64,000 bases of DNA from contig JABIGQ010000038.1 of assembly GCA_018650085.1 (NCBI GenBank), positions 4,388 to 68,387 of the forward strand, in the 5' to 3' direction. The number at the start of each line of letters is the position of its first letter. The stretch's first letter is position 1. Both the position numbers and the translations under genes were made by a program. Below are positions 48,588 through 59,484 of this stretch, piece after piece. Below the pieces are notes generated by a model. It ran no database searches and was not told where the DNA came from. It worked only from the letters and a program-made list of their open reading frames with translations. This DNA is from Candidatus Magasanikiibacteriota bacterium. GTDB taxonomy: Bacteria; Patescibacteriota; Patescibacteriia; Magasanikbacterales; UBA922.

Positions 48588-50378
48588 ATGGAAATTAGAA
48601 ATATAGCGATTATCGCTCATGTAGATCATGGAAAAACAACGCTTACAGATGCACTTATGCGTCAAACAGGCATGGTAAGTGAAGACGATACAGTAAGTAT
48701 GGATAGCAATGCGCTAGAACAAGAGCGTGGTATTACTATTTACGCTAAAAATACATCAGTTTTTTATAAAGATACAAAAATCAATATCGTAGATACACCA
48801 GGGCATGCTGACTTTGGGTCAGAGGTAGAGCGTGTACTTCGTTCTATTGATTCTGTATTACTTATTGTAGATGCACAGGAAGGGCCTATGCCACAGACGA
48901 AATTTGTATTAAAAAAATCTCTAGAATTAGGACTAAAACCAATCCTTATTTTAAATAAAATAGATAAACCAGCTGCAGATGTAGAAAGATCACATGATCA
49001 AGTATTAGAGTTATTCATGGATCTAGGAGCAAATGATGAACAGCTTGAATTCGTCACTATTTACGCAAACGGAAAAGATGGCTTGGCAAAAAAAGACATG
49101 GCAGATGAAGCAACAGATCTTATGCCTATCTTAGATGCAATTTTAGAACATGTTCCACCAGCTCCTGCAAATATAGACCTTCCATTTCGCATGCAACCAT
49201 TTAATCTAGGATATGATAATTACCTAGGGCGTTTAGCTATTGGTCGTGTATATGAAGGAACAGTAAAAGCAGGAAGTAAAGTAATGATTAGAAAACCAGA
49301 TGGTGAAACACGAACAGGAAGCATTACAAAAATCCAAACATTTAGAGGTATAGTAAAAGAAGACGTAAAAGAAGCTTTCGCTGGAGATTTGGTTATGATT
49401 GCTGGAATCCCAGATATCTACATTGGAGAAACAATTTGTGAAAAAGCAGACCAAGAACCATTGCCAGCTATTACTATAGATGAGCCAACTATTTCTATGA
49501 ACTTGCTTGTAAATAGTTCACCATTTGCAGGACGTGATGGAAAATTTGTTACTACTCGTCAGATAAAAGAAAGACTAGAAAAAGAATTAGAAGTAAATGT
49601 AGGATTGAAAATTAATTTTGATGCTATAGATTACTATAAAATATATGGTCGTGGAGAAATGCATATCGCAGTATTGCTAGAAAATATGCGTCGTGAAGGA
49701 TTTGAAATGCAAGTATCTCAACCACAAGTTATTATAAAAGAAGTGGATGGAAAAAAACACGAGCCATTTGAAGAAGTAACAGTAGATGTACCAGATGCAT
49801 CTGCAGGAGTAGTAATAGAAAAATTAGGAAAAAGAAAAGGAATTACTACAAACATGATGACAAAAGATGGTCAAACTCGTATTATGTTTGAAATTCCATC
49901 TCGTGGACTTCTAGGATATCGTGGACAATTTGTCATGGATACAAAAGGGGAAGGAATTCTCTGTAGTCAAGTATTGGGATTTAAACCGTATGCTGGAGAA
50001 ATTAAAAAGAGAAGTGTAGGGTCTATGATTTCTGGAGAAACAGGAAAAGCACTTGGATATTCACTTGCAAATTTGCAAGATCGTGGTGTCTTATATATAG
50101 GACCAAATACAGAGGTATATACTGGAATGGTTATAGGAAATACTGCAAAAGGTGAGGATATGAGTGTAAATGCTATCAAAGGAAAGCAACTTACAAACAT
50201 GCGTGCAAGTGGTGCAGACGATGCATTGAATCTTACTCCACCTATTTTAGTTACACTTGAGCGTGGACTTGAAATTATTGCAAATGATGAGTATCTAGAA
50301 ATCACACCAAATAATATTCGTATTAGGAAGCAACTTCTTACAGAAAATGAAAGAAAAAGAGCAGGACGAAAAGCGTAA
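48588..50378 (+). CDS. typA: Translational GTPase TypA/BipA
   Basis: [37 protein letters not shown] and [10 protein letters not shown]; true start at 48588. Confidence 0.97.
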   Translation: MEIRNIAIIAHVDHGKTTLTDALMRQTGMVSEDDTVSMDSNALEQERGITIYAKNTSVFYKDTKINIVDTPGHADFGSEVERVLRSIDSVLLIVDAQEGPMPQTKFVLKKSLELGLKPILILNKIDKPAADVERSHDQVLELFMDLGANDEQLEFVTIYANGKDGLAKKDMADEATDLMPILDAILEHVPPAPANIDLPFRMQPFNLGYDNYLGRLAIGRVYEGTVKAGSKVMIRKPDGETRTGSITKIQTFRGIVKEDVKEAFAGDLVMIAGIPDIYIGETICEKADQEPLPAITIDEPTISMNLLVNSSPFAGRDGKFVTTRQIKERLEKELEVNVGLKINFDAIDYYKIYGRGEMHIAVLLENMRREGFEMQVSQPQVIIKEVDGKKHEPFEEVTVDVPDASAGVVIEKLGKRKGITTNMMTKDGQTRIMFEIPSRGLLGYRGQFVMDTKGEGILCSQVLGFKPYAGEIKKRSVGSMISGETGKALGYSLANLQDRGVLYIGPNTEVYTGMVIGNTAKGEDMSVNAIKGKQLTNMRASGADDALNLTPPILVTLERGLEIIANDEYLEITPNNIRIRKQLLTENERKRAGRKA

Positions 50379-50390
50379 GAATACATAATA

Positions 50391-50547
50391 GACCTGTTGC
50401 ATAATAAGCATCTGCTGCAATTTCCATATATTTGGACAGCTTTCATAAAATTTTCCTCTACGTAGCATGGCTATGTATCAAAAAATATTTATAAAATCTG
50501 CCTCAAAATCTGAAAATTTCGCAACGAAGCTTATTATGCAACAGGTC
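50391..50547. mobile_element. MITE-like element with perfect terminal inverted repeats
   Basis: GACCTGTTGCATAATAAGC / GCTTATTATGCAACAGGTC (19 bp, 21 with flanking TA), flanked by direct TAATA; non-coding. Confidence 0.8.
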
Positions 50548-50554
50548 TAATAAA

Positions 50555-50591
50555 TAAAAAATCATCTTGATAAATTCAAGATGATTTTTTT
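50555..50591. terminator. Bidirectional terminator
   Basis: AAAAAATCATCTTGA-loop-TCAAGATGATTTTTT between convergent genes. Confidence 0.75.
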
Positions 50592-50593
50592 AT

Positions 50594-50872
50594 CTATCTA
50601 TAAATATGTTGTAGCATATCTTGTTTGGATTGTTCAATCACTTCTTGAAATATAGATTCTATAATATGTATATCTATATGATATTTGTTAGCCAAATGTT
50701 TACGCAGTTGTTTCATTTCTTCTTCTCTGGGGATATCCACAATGGGAAGGCCAATTTTTTGTTTTGATTGACCAATATTTCGAGTAGTTTGAAAACGTTT
50801 AGCTAGAAGAGAAATTATTTTTTTATCTATTGAGTTAATCTTCTTGCGCATAGATGCAATGTCTTTTTTCAT
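50594..50872 (-). CDS. Chorismate mutase type II (AroQ-like)
   Basis: MRKKINSIDKKIISLLAKR...IGQSK...PIVDIPRE motif. Confidence 0.82.
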   Translation of the reverse strand: MKKDIASMRKKINSIDKKIISLLAKRFQTTRNIGQSKQKIGLPIVDIPREEEMKQLRKHLANKYHIDIHIIESIFQEVIEQSKQDMLQHIYR

Positions 50873-50881
50873 AATTATATA

Positions 50882-51340
50882 TCAATGGACAGTAATAGTA
50901 ATATCTTCCTCTCCATCTGTATCTGTGTATATGGTTTTCATAGAAAAAAATCTGTCCTCATCCATCAACGGGAGAAAACGACGATTATCTTCCCAAAGGT
51001 TTAAATCTAGGAGTTCTTCATCTGGAATCCACGAAAGTGTTCCTTCTGCACATGTGCTTAATTCTCCTGTGTAGTCACATGCACTAAATATAAAAATCAT
51101 CCAATCTTTCCCTTTGAAATTTAGAGACGTGAGTAGTCCGCTCAATTTTGGATTTTCAATCTCTAGTCCAGTTTCTTCTTTTACCTCTCTTATAATACAT
51201 TCTTCTGGCGATTCTCCCGGTTCAAATTTTCCTCCAAGTCCTACCCATTTTCCTTCATGAATATCTCCTTTACGTGTATTTCTGTGTATCATGAGTGTTT
51301 TTCCATCCTTTTTTATGTAGCAGACTGTTGCGAGTTTCAT
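50882..51340 (-). CDS. 8-oxo-dGTP diphosphatase (MutX/MutT-like NUDIX)
   Basis: LATVCYI, KWVGLGGKFEPGESPEECIIREVKEETGL, EGTLSW and LNLWE motifs. Confidence 0.9.
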   Translation of the reverse strand: MKLATVCYIKKDGKTLMIHRNTRKGDIHEGKWVGLGGKFEPGESPEECIIREVKEETGLEIENPKLSGLLTSLNFKGKDWMIFIFSACDYTGELSTCAEGTLSWIPDEELLDLNLWEDNRRFLPLMDEDRFFSMKTIYTDTDGEEDITITVH

Positions 51341-51452
51341 ATAATGGGTACTTTATTAATGCTCTAGAGCCTATAATAGCAAGTTTGTGCTTCCTTTGCA
51401 ATCGTATTGCAAAAATAGCCTAAATTATGCTATATTTAGACAAAACTATCCT

Positions 51453-52688
51453 ATGAAAAAAGATACGCTCACAGCAAGACTTTCTCAATTACCAAGTAGC
51501 CCAGGGATCTACTTATTTTTTAATATCAAAAGAGAACTAATTTATGTAGGAAAAGCAACTTCTCTAAATAATAGAGTGAAGAGTTATTTTCGTGGTGCAC
51601 GGACAAGTCGCCCCATAGAACAGATGATTCATACCGTAGAGGATATAAAATGGATAGAAACAGATTCTGTATTGGAAGCAATTATATTAGAAGGAACATA
51701 TATAAAAAAATACCGCCCAAAGTATAATATAGATTGGAAAGACGATAAAAGCTGGAACTATATTGTTATTACAAATGACACATATCCACGAGTACTTACT
51801 ATTCGTCAGCATGAGCTAGACGCTATCACACATGAATTCAAATATGTATTTGGGCCGTTTCCAGGATTAAATACAAAAGCAACTATGAGATTATTATCTC
51901 AATTATTTTATATATCTTCTTGTACCCCAAAAGCAAAACGACCTTGCCTTTATTATCAGATGGGGCAGTGCCTAGGCGTGTGTACTGGAAATATTAGCGC
52001 AACAGAATATAAGAGAAAAGTAATACAGCCATTGATTGCTTTTTTAAAGGGAGGAAAAAAAAGAGTTCTCTCTACATTGAAACGGAGAATGAAAAAAGCC
52101 TCAAAAGAACATGATTTTGAAGAAGCGGCTAGACTGAGAGATCAAATAAATAAATTACAGAGAATACATGATATTGCATTATTAAATAAAAGTTTCATAT
52201 CTGACATCTCTGAGAAAAAAGATACAAACAGAAATAGAATAGAAGGATACGATATTTCGAATCTAGGAGCTACAGGAAAAGTAGGATCTATGGTAGTAGC
52301 CGAATATGGGGAGCAAAAGAAAAGTGATTATAGAAAATTTAAAATAAAAACAGTAAAAGGACAAAGTGATGTAGATTGTTTAGATGAAGTAATAAGAAGA
52401 AGGCTAAAACATTCGGAATGGCCATTTCCTGCGTTATTTCTTATAGATGGTGGAAAGCCACAAGTAAATCGTGTCGTGCGTATATTAAAAGAAAAAGGGA
52501 TTGCTATTCCAGTCGTAGGAATTGCAAAAGGAAAAGAAAGGAAAAAGAATGAATTTATAGTAGGGGAGGGAGTGGGCGCAAAGAAAATTCATTGGATAGA
52601 ACGGCATAAGGTGCTCTTGACACAAGTCAGAGACGAAGCACACAGATTTGCTATTTCTTATCAGAGAAAATTAAGGAAAATAAAATAA
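51453..52688 (+). CDS. uvrC: Excinuclease ABC subunit C (short form)
   Basis: GIY-YIG (PGIYLF..IYVGKA), Cys cluster, UVR (FEEAARLRD) and RNase H-like (IEGYDISN, IDGGKPQ, RDEAHRFA); no C-terminal HhH domain. Confidence 0.9.
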   Translation: MKKDTLTARLSQLPSSPGIYLFFNIKRELIYVGKATSLNNRVKSYFRGARTSRPIEQMIHTVEDIKWIETDSVLEAIILEGTYIKKYRPKYNIDWKDDKSWNYIVITNDTYPRVLTIRQHELDAITHEFKYVFGPFPGLNTKATMRLLSQLFYISSCTPKAKRPCLYYQMGQCLGVCTGNISATEYKRKVIQPLIAFLKGGKKRVLSTLKRRMKKASKEHDFEEAARLRDQINKLQRIHDIALLNKSFISDISEKKDTNRNRIEGYDISNLGATGKVGSMVVAEYGEQKKSDYRKFKIKTVKGQSDVDCLDEVIRRRLKHSEWPFPALFLIDGGKPQVNRVVRILKEKGIAIPVVGIAKGKERKKNEFIVGEGVGAKKIHWIERHKVLLTQVRDEAHRFAISYQRKLRKIK

Positions 52689-52694
52689 TAATAT

Positions 52695-53696
52695 ATGTGG
52701 TTTAAAAATATTTTAGATAACAATAAAAAAATCCTTGCACTTGCCCCTATGGCAGACATGACAGACTCACCATTTTGCCAAACAGTAAAGCATATTGGTG
52801 GGTGTGATATTGTATTTAGAGAAATGGTATCTAGTGAAGCTATTGTTCGAGAGAATGAAAAGACACTCTACATGACAGATATAGAAAAAAGTGAACGCCC
52901 TATTGTCCAGCAAATATTTGGCGCAGACCCAAAAATAATGGCACATGCCGCAGCATTAATTGTAGAGAGAACAGCACCAGATGGTATTGATATAAATATG
53001 GGATGCCCTGTCCATAAAATTACGAGCAATTTTAATGGATGCGCCCTTATGAAAGATCCAGATAATGCTGCTGCAATTGTTCAGGAAGTAAAACGAGCAA
53101 TAGGGGACACCCCATTATCTGTAAAAATCCGTCTGGGGTGGAATGATCCAGATACATTTAAAGAATTTATACCAGTACTAGAAGATGCTGGGGCAGAGCT
53201 TATCACTGTACATGGAAGAACGAGATCAGATGGATATAGTGGGCAAGCAGACTGGCAACGTATAGCAGAAGCAAAACGTATTGCCACTGTACCACTTCTG
53301 GCAAATGGAGATATTTCTACCCCTGATCTTGTTTCAAAAGCGCTCGATGTTACAGGTGCAGATGGAGTTATGATAGGACGTGGGGCACTTGGGAATCCAT
53401 GGTTTTTTTCATTGGCGAGTGCTTGTAAAAGTAATGATAGTATTTCATGGGAAGAACGAATAAAGATTATCATGTATCATCTAGATCTACATCTAGCGCA
53501 TTATGGAGAAAAGGCGATAGTGACATTTAGAAAACATATTGGATGGTATTTGAAAACACAATCACTTGGACGAGTGGTTCCTGGTATAAAACAATGGCGT
53601 ATGAAATTGGTGCAGGTTTCTTCTAGGGAGGAAGTGGCGGAGTGTCTGTGGGAGATGAAAGTACTGCTACTTGAAAATAGAGAACCTTTAGGGTAA
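52695..53696 (+). CDS. dusB: tRNA-dihydrouridine synthase
   Basis: LAPMADMTD, IDINMGCP, SVKIRLG, VHGRTR, ANGDI and VMIGRGALGNPW motifs. Confidence 0.92.
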   Translation: MWFKNILDNNKKILALAPMADMTDSPFCQTVKHIGGCDIVFREMVSSEAIVRENEKTLYMTDIEKSERPIVQQIFGADPKIMAHAAALIVERTAPDGIDINMGCPVHKITSNFNGCALMKDPDNAAAIVQEVKRAIGDTPLSVKIRLGWNDPDTFKEFIPVLEDAGAELITVHGRTRSDGYSGQADWQRIAEAKRIATVPLLANGDISTPDLVSKALDVTGADGVMIGRGALGNPWFFSLASACKSNDSISWEERIKIIMYHLDLHLAHYGEKAIVTFRKHIGWYLKTQSLGRVVPGIKQWRMKLVQVSSREEVAECLWEMKVLLLENREPLG

Positions 53697-53709
53697 GATA
53701 CATTCATAT

Positions 53710-55500
53710 ATGTCAGACATCCCAGATATAAAAGAAAAAATAGATATTGTGGATCTCATGAGCGAATATTTGCAAGTGAAACCCGCAGGAACATATCATA
53801 AAGCATGTTGTCCATTTCATAATGAAAAGACACCGTCTCTTATGATTAGCAGAGAAAGGCAACGGTTCCATTGTTTTGGGTGTAATGCAGATGGAGATAT
53901 CTTTACCTTTATAGAACATATGGAGGGGATGGAATTTGTGGAAGCATTGAAATATCTGGCAGATAGGGCAGGAGTTCAACTTTCCCAAAGAAAATCAGAT
54001 CCAAATAAAAATCAAAAAAATAGAATAAAAGATATCAATGCAGCAGCTGCACGGTTTTTTCATCAATTCCTTTTACAAATGCCAGGAGCAAAACCAGCGA
54101 GAGAATATATAGCGAATCGTGGATTAAAAGAAGAAACAATTGAATCTTGGCAAATAGGGTTTATATCGGATCAATGGGATTTACTTACAAAATATTTATT
54201 AAAAAAAGGACATGCTATTGACGATTTAGTCGCTGCAGGATTAACCATAAAACGAGATAATGCAAACTCAAGTACTGGAAAGGGATTTTATGATAGATTT
54301 CGCGGAAGGATTATGTTTCCTATTTGGGATATTCATGGATATGTGGTTGGGTTTACTGGAAGAGTCCTTGTAGAAACAGAAAAATCTGGTGGAAAATATG
54401 TGAATACACCTCAGACCATTGTTTATGATAAATCACGAGTTGTGTTTGGATTAAATAAAGCAAAACAATCTATAAAAAAACAAGATCAAATAGTGATGAC
54501 AGAAGGGCAAATGGATGTTATAGCTTGTCATCAGGCGGGGATGGAGCATGTGGTTGCTAGTAGTGGGACCGCTCTTACAGAGCATCAAGTCGCATTATTA
54601 AAAAGATATAGCAGTCATATGCGCATTGCATTTGATGCAGATGATGCAGGGCAAAAGGCTGCAAAGCGGGGGATAGATATTGCCCTAGAAGCGGGGATGA
54701 GTGTAAAAGTTATTTGTATTCCAGAAGGTCAAGGAAAAGATCCGGATGAGTGTATAGAGCAAAATAAGGATAATTGGTTTACTGCAGTAGAAAATGCACA
54801 AGATGTTATGGATTGGTATATAGATAAAGCATTTGCAGGAAGATCACTTACAGATCCAAAGGAAAAACAAGCCATAGCAGAAGAAATTTTACCAGAGATT
54901 GCTCGTGTACCATTTGCCATAGAAAAAGATCATTGGTTGCAAATTGTGGCAGATAAGCTGGGAGTAGAGAGTAGGGTATTACGAGAGGATATGGCAAGGA
55001 TAAAGAAGCAAACACCAGAAAAAAAACAACAAATAGTGAAAAAAGAGGTAAAATCAGTGAATACTGAGCAAAAGACAGCAGTACCTACTTCACGAGTTTT
55101 ACAGATAGCGGAACAGTTTTTTTGCCTTATTTTAGCAAAGAATATAGAAGGAGCACCTCAATTATTTGATGAAATTGCTCCTGTATTATCCAACCACCCT
55201 CTTTACGAACCGCTAAAAAACACGTATAATGCTGGGAGAGATATAGAGGCATTGCGTGCATCTGTTTCTTTAGATACGCAGGTGATGATAGATAATTTAC
55301 TTATGCAAGCTGAATTAACGTTTTTATCTTTATCAGATAAAGAGGCGCAGAAAGAAGCAAGTAATTTGGCTACACAGGTAGTGCATATTTGGAAAAAAGA
55401 ACAGCGTACCACTTTACAACAACAAATAGAGGTTGCAGAAAAAGTAGGAAATATAGAACAAGTGAATACTTTATTAAAACAATATCAACAATTAGGCTAA
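53710..55500 (+). CDS. dnaG: DNA primase
   Basis: CPFHNEKTPS zinc finger, DRFRGRIMFPI, KYVNTP, EGQMDV, FDADDAG and KDPDE motifs. Confidence 0.97.
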   Translation: MSDIPDIKEKIDIVDLMSEYLQVKPAGTYHKACCPFHNEKTPSLMISRERQRFHCFGCNADGDIFTFIEHMEGMEFVEALKYLADRAGVQLSQRKSDPNKNQKNRIKDINAAAARFFHQFLLQMPGAKPAREYIANRGLKEETIESWQIGFISDQWDLLTKYLLKKGHAIDDLVAAGLTIKRDNANSSTGKGFYDRFRGRIMFPIWDIHGYVVGFTGRVLVETEKSGGKYVNTPQTIVYDKSRVVFGLNKAKQSIKKQDQIVMTEGQMDVIACHQAGMEHVVASSGTALTEHQVALLKRYSSHMRIAFDADDAGQKAAKRGIDIALEAGMSVKVICIPEGQGKDPDECIEQNKDNWFTAVENAQDVMDWYIDKAFAGRSLTDPKEKQAIAEEILPEIARVPFAIEKDHWLQIVADKLGVESRVLREDMARIKKQTPEKKQQIVKKEVKSVNTEQKTAVPTSRVLQIAEQFFCLILAKNIEGAPQLFDEIAPVLSNHPLYEPLKNTYNAGRDIEALRASVSLDTQVMIDNLLMQAELTFLSLSDKEAQKEASNLATQVVHIWKKEQRTTLQQQIEVAEKVGNIEQVNTLLKQYQQLG

Positions 55501-55539
55501 TAAGTCTTTTTATATATTTATTTGGGTAATACATTTACC

Positions 55540-56928
55540 ATGCCACGTAAAAAAGTGACAACTAAAAAAAGTGCGCCTAAAAAACGTACAACAAAGAAAA
55601 CAGCAGTGAAAAAAACTGCTGTAAAAAAACGCAGTGTTAGCGCTAAAAAACCTAGTACAAAAAAAGTAAAAGGTACAGCGAAAAAAATAACTAAAACAAC
55701 TGCAAAGAAAAAAGTAGCCGTTAAAAAAAAGACAAAGACAATTAAAAAAACAACACCAAAACAAAAAGAACTGAAAACAAAGAAAAAGAAGAAACAAGTA
55801 TTTGCTTCACTAAAAGAACCATTTGATTACCCTACAAAAGAACAAATTAATAAACTTCTCCAAAAAGGGCGTGGTCGTGGATTTCTTACAGAATCAGAAA
55901 TATTTTATACATTTACAAGATTAGAAGAATATACACATTATTACGATGGATTTCTTGATCTGCTTGATGCAAATAGTGTAGGAGTTGTGGAACAAAAAGC
56001 CACAGGATTACTAGGAGCGCAAGTAGAAAGAAAAGAAATTCTTACTTTTGTCCAAGGAGAACAACCAGATGTAAGCAGTGGTTCATTTGATCTTGCAAAG
56101 ATTTCTCAAGATTCTATTCAAATGTATTTGCGTGAAATTGGGAAAATTCCATTATTAAAAGCAGAAGAAGAAGTCACATTGGCAAAAGCAAAAGAACGTG
56201 GTGACAAGTTATCTGAACAGAAAATGGTAGAAGCAAATTTACGTTTAGTTGTATCTATTGCAAAGAAATTTGTAGGAAAACAATTGACCTTACTTGATTT
56301 AATTCAAGAAGGGAATATTGGATTGTTCCGTGCTGTGAGAAAGTTTGATTATAGAAAAGGATATAAATTTTCAACCTATGCTACATGGTGGATTCGTCAA
56401 GCAATTACTCGTGCGCTAGCAGATCAATCTAGAACTATCCGTATTCCGGTGCACATGGTAGAGACGATCAATAGATTTAAACAAATTCAAAGACGACTTT
56501 TACAAGATCTTGGGCGTGATCCTACTCCAGAGGAATTGGCAGCAGAAATGGGAGAAGAATTACCAAAGGTTAAGCAAATTATAAAAATTTCTCAAGAAAC
56601 TATTTCACTGGAAACATCTGTAGGTGATGATGACGATGATGATTCACCATTGTCTGATTTTATTGAAGATGTAAAAAATGTAAGTCCATCTCAGGTAGCG
56701 GGTGTAGAGTTATTGAGAGAATATATCAATGAAGCGATTACACAATTATCTGAACGTGAACAAAAGATTTTAGAAATGCGTTTTGGGCTTTGTGATGGAG
56801 TGACGCATACGTTAGAAGAAGTTGGACGTGAGTTTGATGTTACTCGTGAACGTATTCGTCAGATTGAAGCAAAAGCGTTGGAAAAGATAAAAAAATTCCA
56901 AGTGATTACAAAGTTACGAGATTATTAA
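55540..56928 (+). CDS. rpoD: Primary sigma factor RpoD with Lys-rich N-terminal extension
   Basis: [46 protein letters not shown] and [10 protein letters not shown]; follows dnaG. Confidence 0.96.
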   Translation: MPRKKVTTKKSAPKKRTTKKTAVKKTAVKKRSVSAKKPSTKKVKGTAKKITKTTAKKKVAVKKKTKTIKKTTPKQKELKTKKKKKQVFASLKEPFDYPTKEQINKLLQKGRGRGFLTESEIFYTFTRLEEYTHYYDGFLDLLDANSVGVVEQKATGLLGAQVERKEILTFVQGEQPDVSSGSFDLAKISQDSIQMYLREIGKIPLLKAEEEVTLAKAKERGDKLSEQKMVEANLRLVVSIAKKFVGKQLTLLDLIQEGNIGLFRAVRKFDYRKGYKFSTYATWWIRQAITRALADQSRTIRIPVHMVETINRFKQIQRRLLQDLGRDPTPEELAAEMGEELPKVKQIIKISQETISLETSVGDDDDDDSPLSDFIEDVKNVSPSQVAGVELLREYINEAITQLSEREQKILEMRFGLCDGVTHTLEEVGREFDVTRERIRQIEAKALEKIKKFQVITKLRDY

Positions 56929-56943
56929 AGAACAATATATCTT

Positions 56944-56977
56944 AAAAGAATCCAAGTGAATAACTTGGGTTCTTTTT
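56944..56977 (+). terminator. Intrinsic terminator after rpoD
   Basis: AAAAGAATCCAAGT-loop-ACTTGGGTTCTTTTT. Confidence 0.7.
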
Positions 56978-56987
56978 AATTTTGTTC

Positions 56988-57081
56988 GTACAATATATCT
57001 ATTTTTTCTCTGCATGATTGCTTCTTAAAACGTTTCTGTTTCGTGACTAAACATATCCGTTCAAAAATAAATATATTGTAC
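56988..57081. repeat. 94-bp dispersed hairpin element, copy 3
   Basis: Same element; lies between the rpoD terminator and pilM. Confidence 0.9.
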
Positions 57082-57152
57082 TCTCATGTATTATTTAAAA
57101 AATTATGAGAGACTTACATTTTTTATAGATTATATGGTATAATATAATTACT

Positions 57153-58262
57153 ATGGCATTATTTCAAAAAACTGAAGGAAGTGTGGGAGTAGACATTGGT
57201 GCGCATGGCATCAAATTAGTTGAACTTCACAAGGCAAAAGGCCGCCCACAACTCTGGACTTACGCAATGGTAAAAGAATCTATTCCTATTCATCAGGTGT
57301 CTGTTTTTGATAACCAAACTCCTATAGAAATAGGAGCCAGAAGTAAAGATCTAGAGCCTCCTAAATTTGATGTGATGGCACAGGTAGATCATTATGCGTC
57401 ATTGCTTTCTCTGGCAGTAAAACAAGCAAAAGTAACCACACGTAGAGTGACTGCTAGTTTGCCAGTATCTCAAGTATTTCATACATTGATTACTTTACCA
57501 ATGGTGCCTGAAAAAGAAATAGAGTATCATGTGCGTGCAAAGGTAGCAAAAATGCTTCCACAACCTATAGAAGAAATGCAAGTAGTACAACAAGTGGTAA
57601 ATAATGAAACAATGAAGCAAGATAATTATCTACGCATTTTAGTCACTGCTGCCCCAAAGAAATTAATTACATTTTATACGCGTATTTTTCAGAAAGCAGG
57701 ATTGCAGTTAGAAGAATTAGAAACAGAGGCATTTGCATTGGAACGTTCACTTATAGGAAATGATAAAGCAACTGTCATGCTAGTAGATATTGGAGTTGAA
57801 AGAACAAATCTATTTATTGTAGATGGTGGTGTTCCTATTACTCATAGAAGTATTCATATAGGTGGAAAGCAATTTGACCGTGTGGTGCAAGAATATTTAG
57901 GGGTAGAAGATGTATATGTAGAGCAAATAAAAAAAGACATGTCATCATATAATAAAGTTATTGTACCGGAATTATTTGAAAGTGTTATGGCTCCTATATT
58001 AAAAGAAATAGAATATAGCATGGATATGTTTTTACACCAGACAGGAAATGAAAAAAAACGTGTAGAAAAGATTATGTTAACTGGTGGTGGTTGTCTTGCA
58101 AATCCGGTAAGTTATATGATAAAGCAAGCATTTTCATTAAATGTATTTGTAGGAGATCCTTGGGCACGAGTTGTCTACCAACAGGGGCTTAAGAAAATAC
58201 TTGATAGTATAGGGCCGAGAATGTCAGTGAGTATTGGTTTAGCCATGCGCCATATTGGATAA
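57153..58262 (+). CDS. pilM: Type IV pilus assembly protein PilM
   Basis: VGVDIGAHGIKLVEL, LETEAFAL, LVDIG, LTGGG and SIGLAMR actin-like ATPase motifs. Confidence 0.9.
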   Translation: MALFQKTEGSVGVDIGAHGIKLVELHKAKGRPQLWTYAMVKESIPIHQVSVFDNQTPIEIGARSKDLEPPKFDVMAQVDHYASLLSLAVKQAKVTTRRVTASLPVSQVFHTLITLPMVPEKEIEYHVRAKVAKMLPQPIEEMQVVQQVVNNETMKQDNYLRILVTAAPKKLITFYTRIFQKAGLQLEELETEAFALERSLIGNDKATVMLVDIGVERTNLFIVDGGVPITHRSIHIGGKQFDRVVQEYLGVEDVYVEQIKKDMSSYNKVIVPELFESVMAPILKEIEYSMDMFLHQTGNEKKRVEKIMLTGGGCLANPVSYMIKQAFSLNVFVGDPWARVVYQQGLKKILDSIGPRMSVSIGLAMRHIG

Positions 58263-58336
58263 GTATATTTGTCTTTTATATATAAAATAGTGTATAATAG
58301 ATTTATAATAAAGTAATTTGTTTAATTTTTTAACCT

Positions 58337-58720
58337 ATGTCAGAAAAACAGATTCTCGTTCTATTGGTAGAAGATGATACATTCCTCGCCAATATTTATA
58401 AAACAAAATTTGAAATGGAAGGGTTTAAAGTTATTGTTGCAGAAAATGGTGAGTTAGGATTGAAAGAAGCAAAAAAGAAAAAACCTAATATTATATTACT
58501 TGATATCTTATTACCAAAGATGGATGGATTTACTGTTTTAGAGCATTTGAAAGAAGAAGATGATTTAAAAGAGATTCCTGTAATATTACTAACAAACTTA
58601 GGACAAAAAGACGATGTAGAAAAAGGATTAGCGCTTGGCGCAATAGATTATTTAATCAAGGCACATTTTAAACCATCTGAAACAGTAGGAAAAGTAAAGA
58701 AAGCACTGGACATGTCCTAA
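58337..58720 (+). CDS. Single-domain response regulator (receiver)
   Basis: LLVEDD, LLDILLPKMDG, LTN and YLIK motifs. Confidence 0.92.
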   Translation: MSEKQILVLLVEDDTFLANIYKTKFEMEGFKVIVAENGELGLKEAKKKKPNIILLDILLPKMDGFTVLEHLKEEDDLKEIPVILLTNLGQKDDVEKGLALGAIDYLIKAHFKPSETVGKVKKALDMS

Positions 58721-58781
58721 TCAACTATAGCATTAATATACTTATGTATAAAAAACATAGCGGAGAGGGGGTGAGACACGT

Positions 58782-59225
58782 ATGAATAAAAAAGGTTTTA
58801 CTTTAATCGAGTTGCTTGTTGTAATTGCCATTATTGGTTTATTATCAACACTTGCAGTTGTGGCATTGGGATCTGCCCGTGAAAAGGCACGAGATTCAAA
58901 ACGATTATCAGATTTGAAACAAATGCAAACAGCGCTTGAACTATATTACACAGATGTAGGATCATACCCAACAGCTGCGGCTGGTGTGGTACTTGGTGTA
59001 GAAGCAAATGATACTGTTTGTTTAGATCAAGATGGTGATTTTGAAGATAGAGCAGCTTGTGCGGCTGATGCATATATGGCATTGGTACCTGCTGATCCAG
59101 GATCTACTAGTTACACATATACATCTGCTGCTGGAGCTACATATGCAGTTGTGGCTACATTAGAAGGTACTATGAGTAGTTTAGGCCCAGGTAACGTAAC
59201 TCTCAGCCCGTCAGGAATCCAATAA
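58782..59225 (+). CDS. Type IV pilin (GspG/PilA-like)
   Basis: [19 protein letters not shown] class III signal; [15 protein letters not shown]; strong GGGGGTGA SD; own terminator at ~59244-59274. Confidence 0.93.
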   Translation: MNKKGFTLIELLVVIAIIGLLSTLAVVALGSAREKARDSKRLSDLKQMQTALELYYTDVGSYPTAAAGVVLGVEANDTVCLDQDGDFEDRAACAADAYMALVPADPGSTSYTYTSAAGATYAVVATLEGTMSSLGPGNVTLSPSGIQ

Positions 59226-59346
59226 TATCTTGTCGTGGTTATAGAAACACTCACTTTTGTGAGTGTTTTTTTTTATGAATGTGTTATAATAGTAGAGGTG
59301 TTTAATCTGGGATATAGTTTTGTGAATTTTTGAAAAATAGATATTC

Positions 59347-59440
59347 GTACAATATATTTATTTTTTCACTGCATGATTGCTTCTTGAAACGTTCCTTTTA
59401 CGGAACTAAACATATCCGTTCAAAAACAAATATATTGTAC
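59347..59440. repeat. 94-bp dispersed hairpin element, copy 4
   Basis: Same element; lies between the pilin gene and pilD. Confidence 0.9.
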
Positions 59441-59484
59441 TCATCGTAATAATTTGAAAGAATTTGTTTAATATTAATATTTAT

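Noticed and set aside
56988-57081. 94-bp element as a hairpin ribozyme (minus strand has AGAAG...CAGAGAAA...ATATATT)
   Set aside because: Helix 4 and the closing strand of helix 3 are missing, and CAGAGAAA occurs in only one copy.
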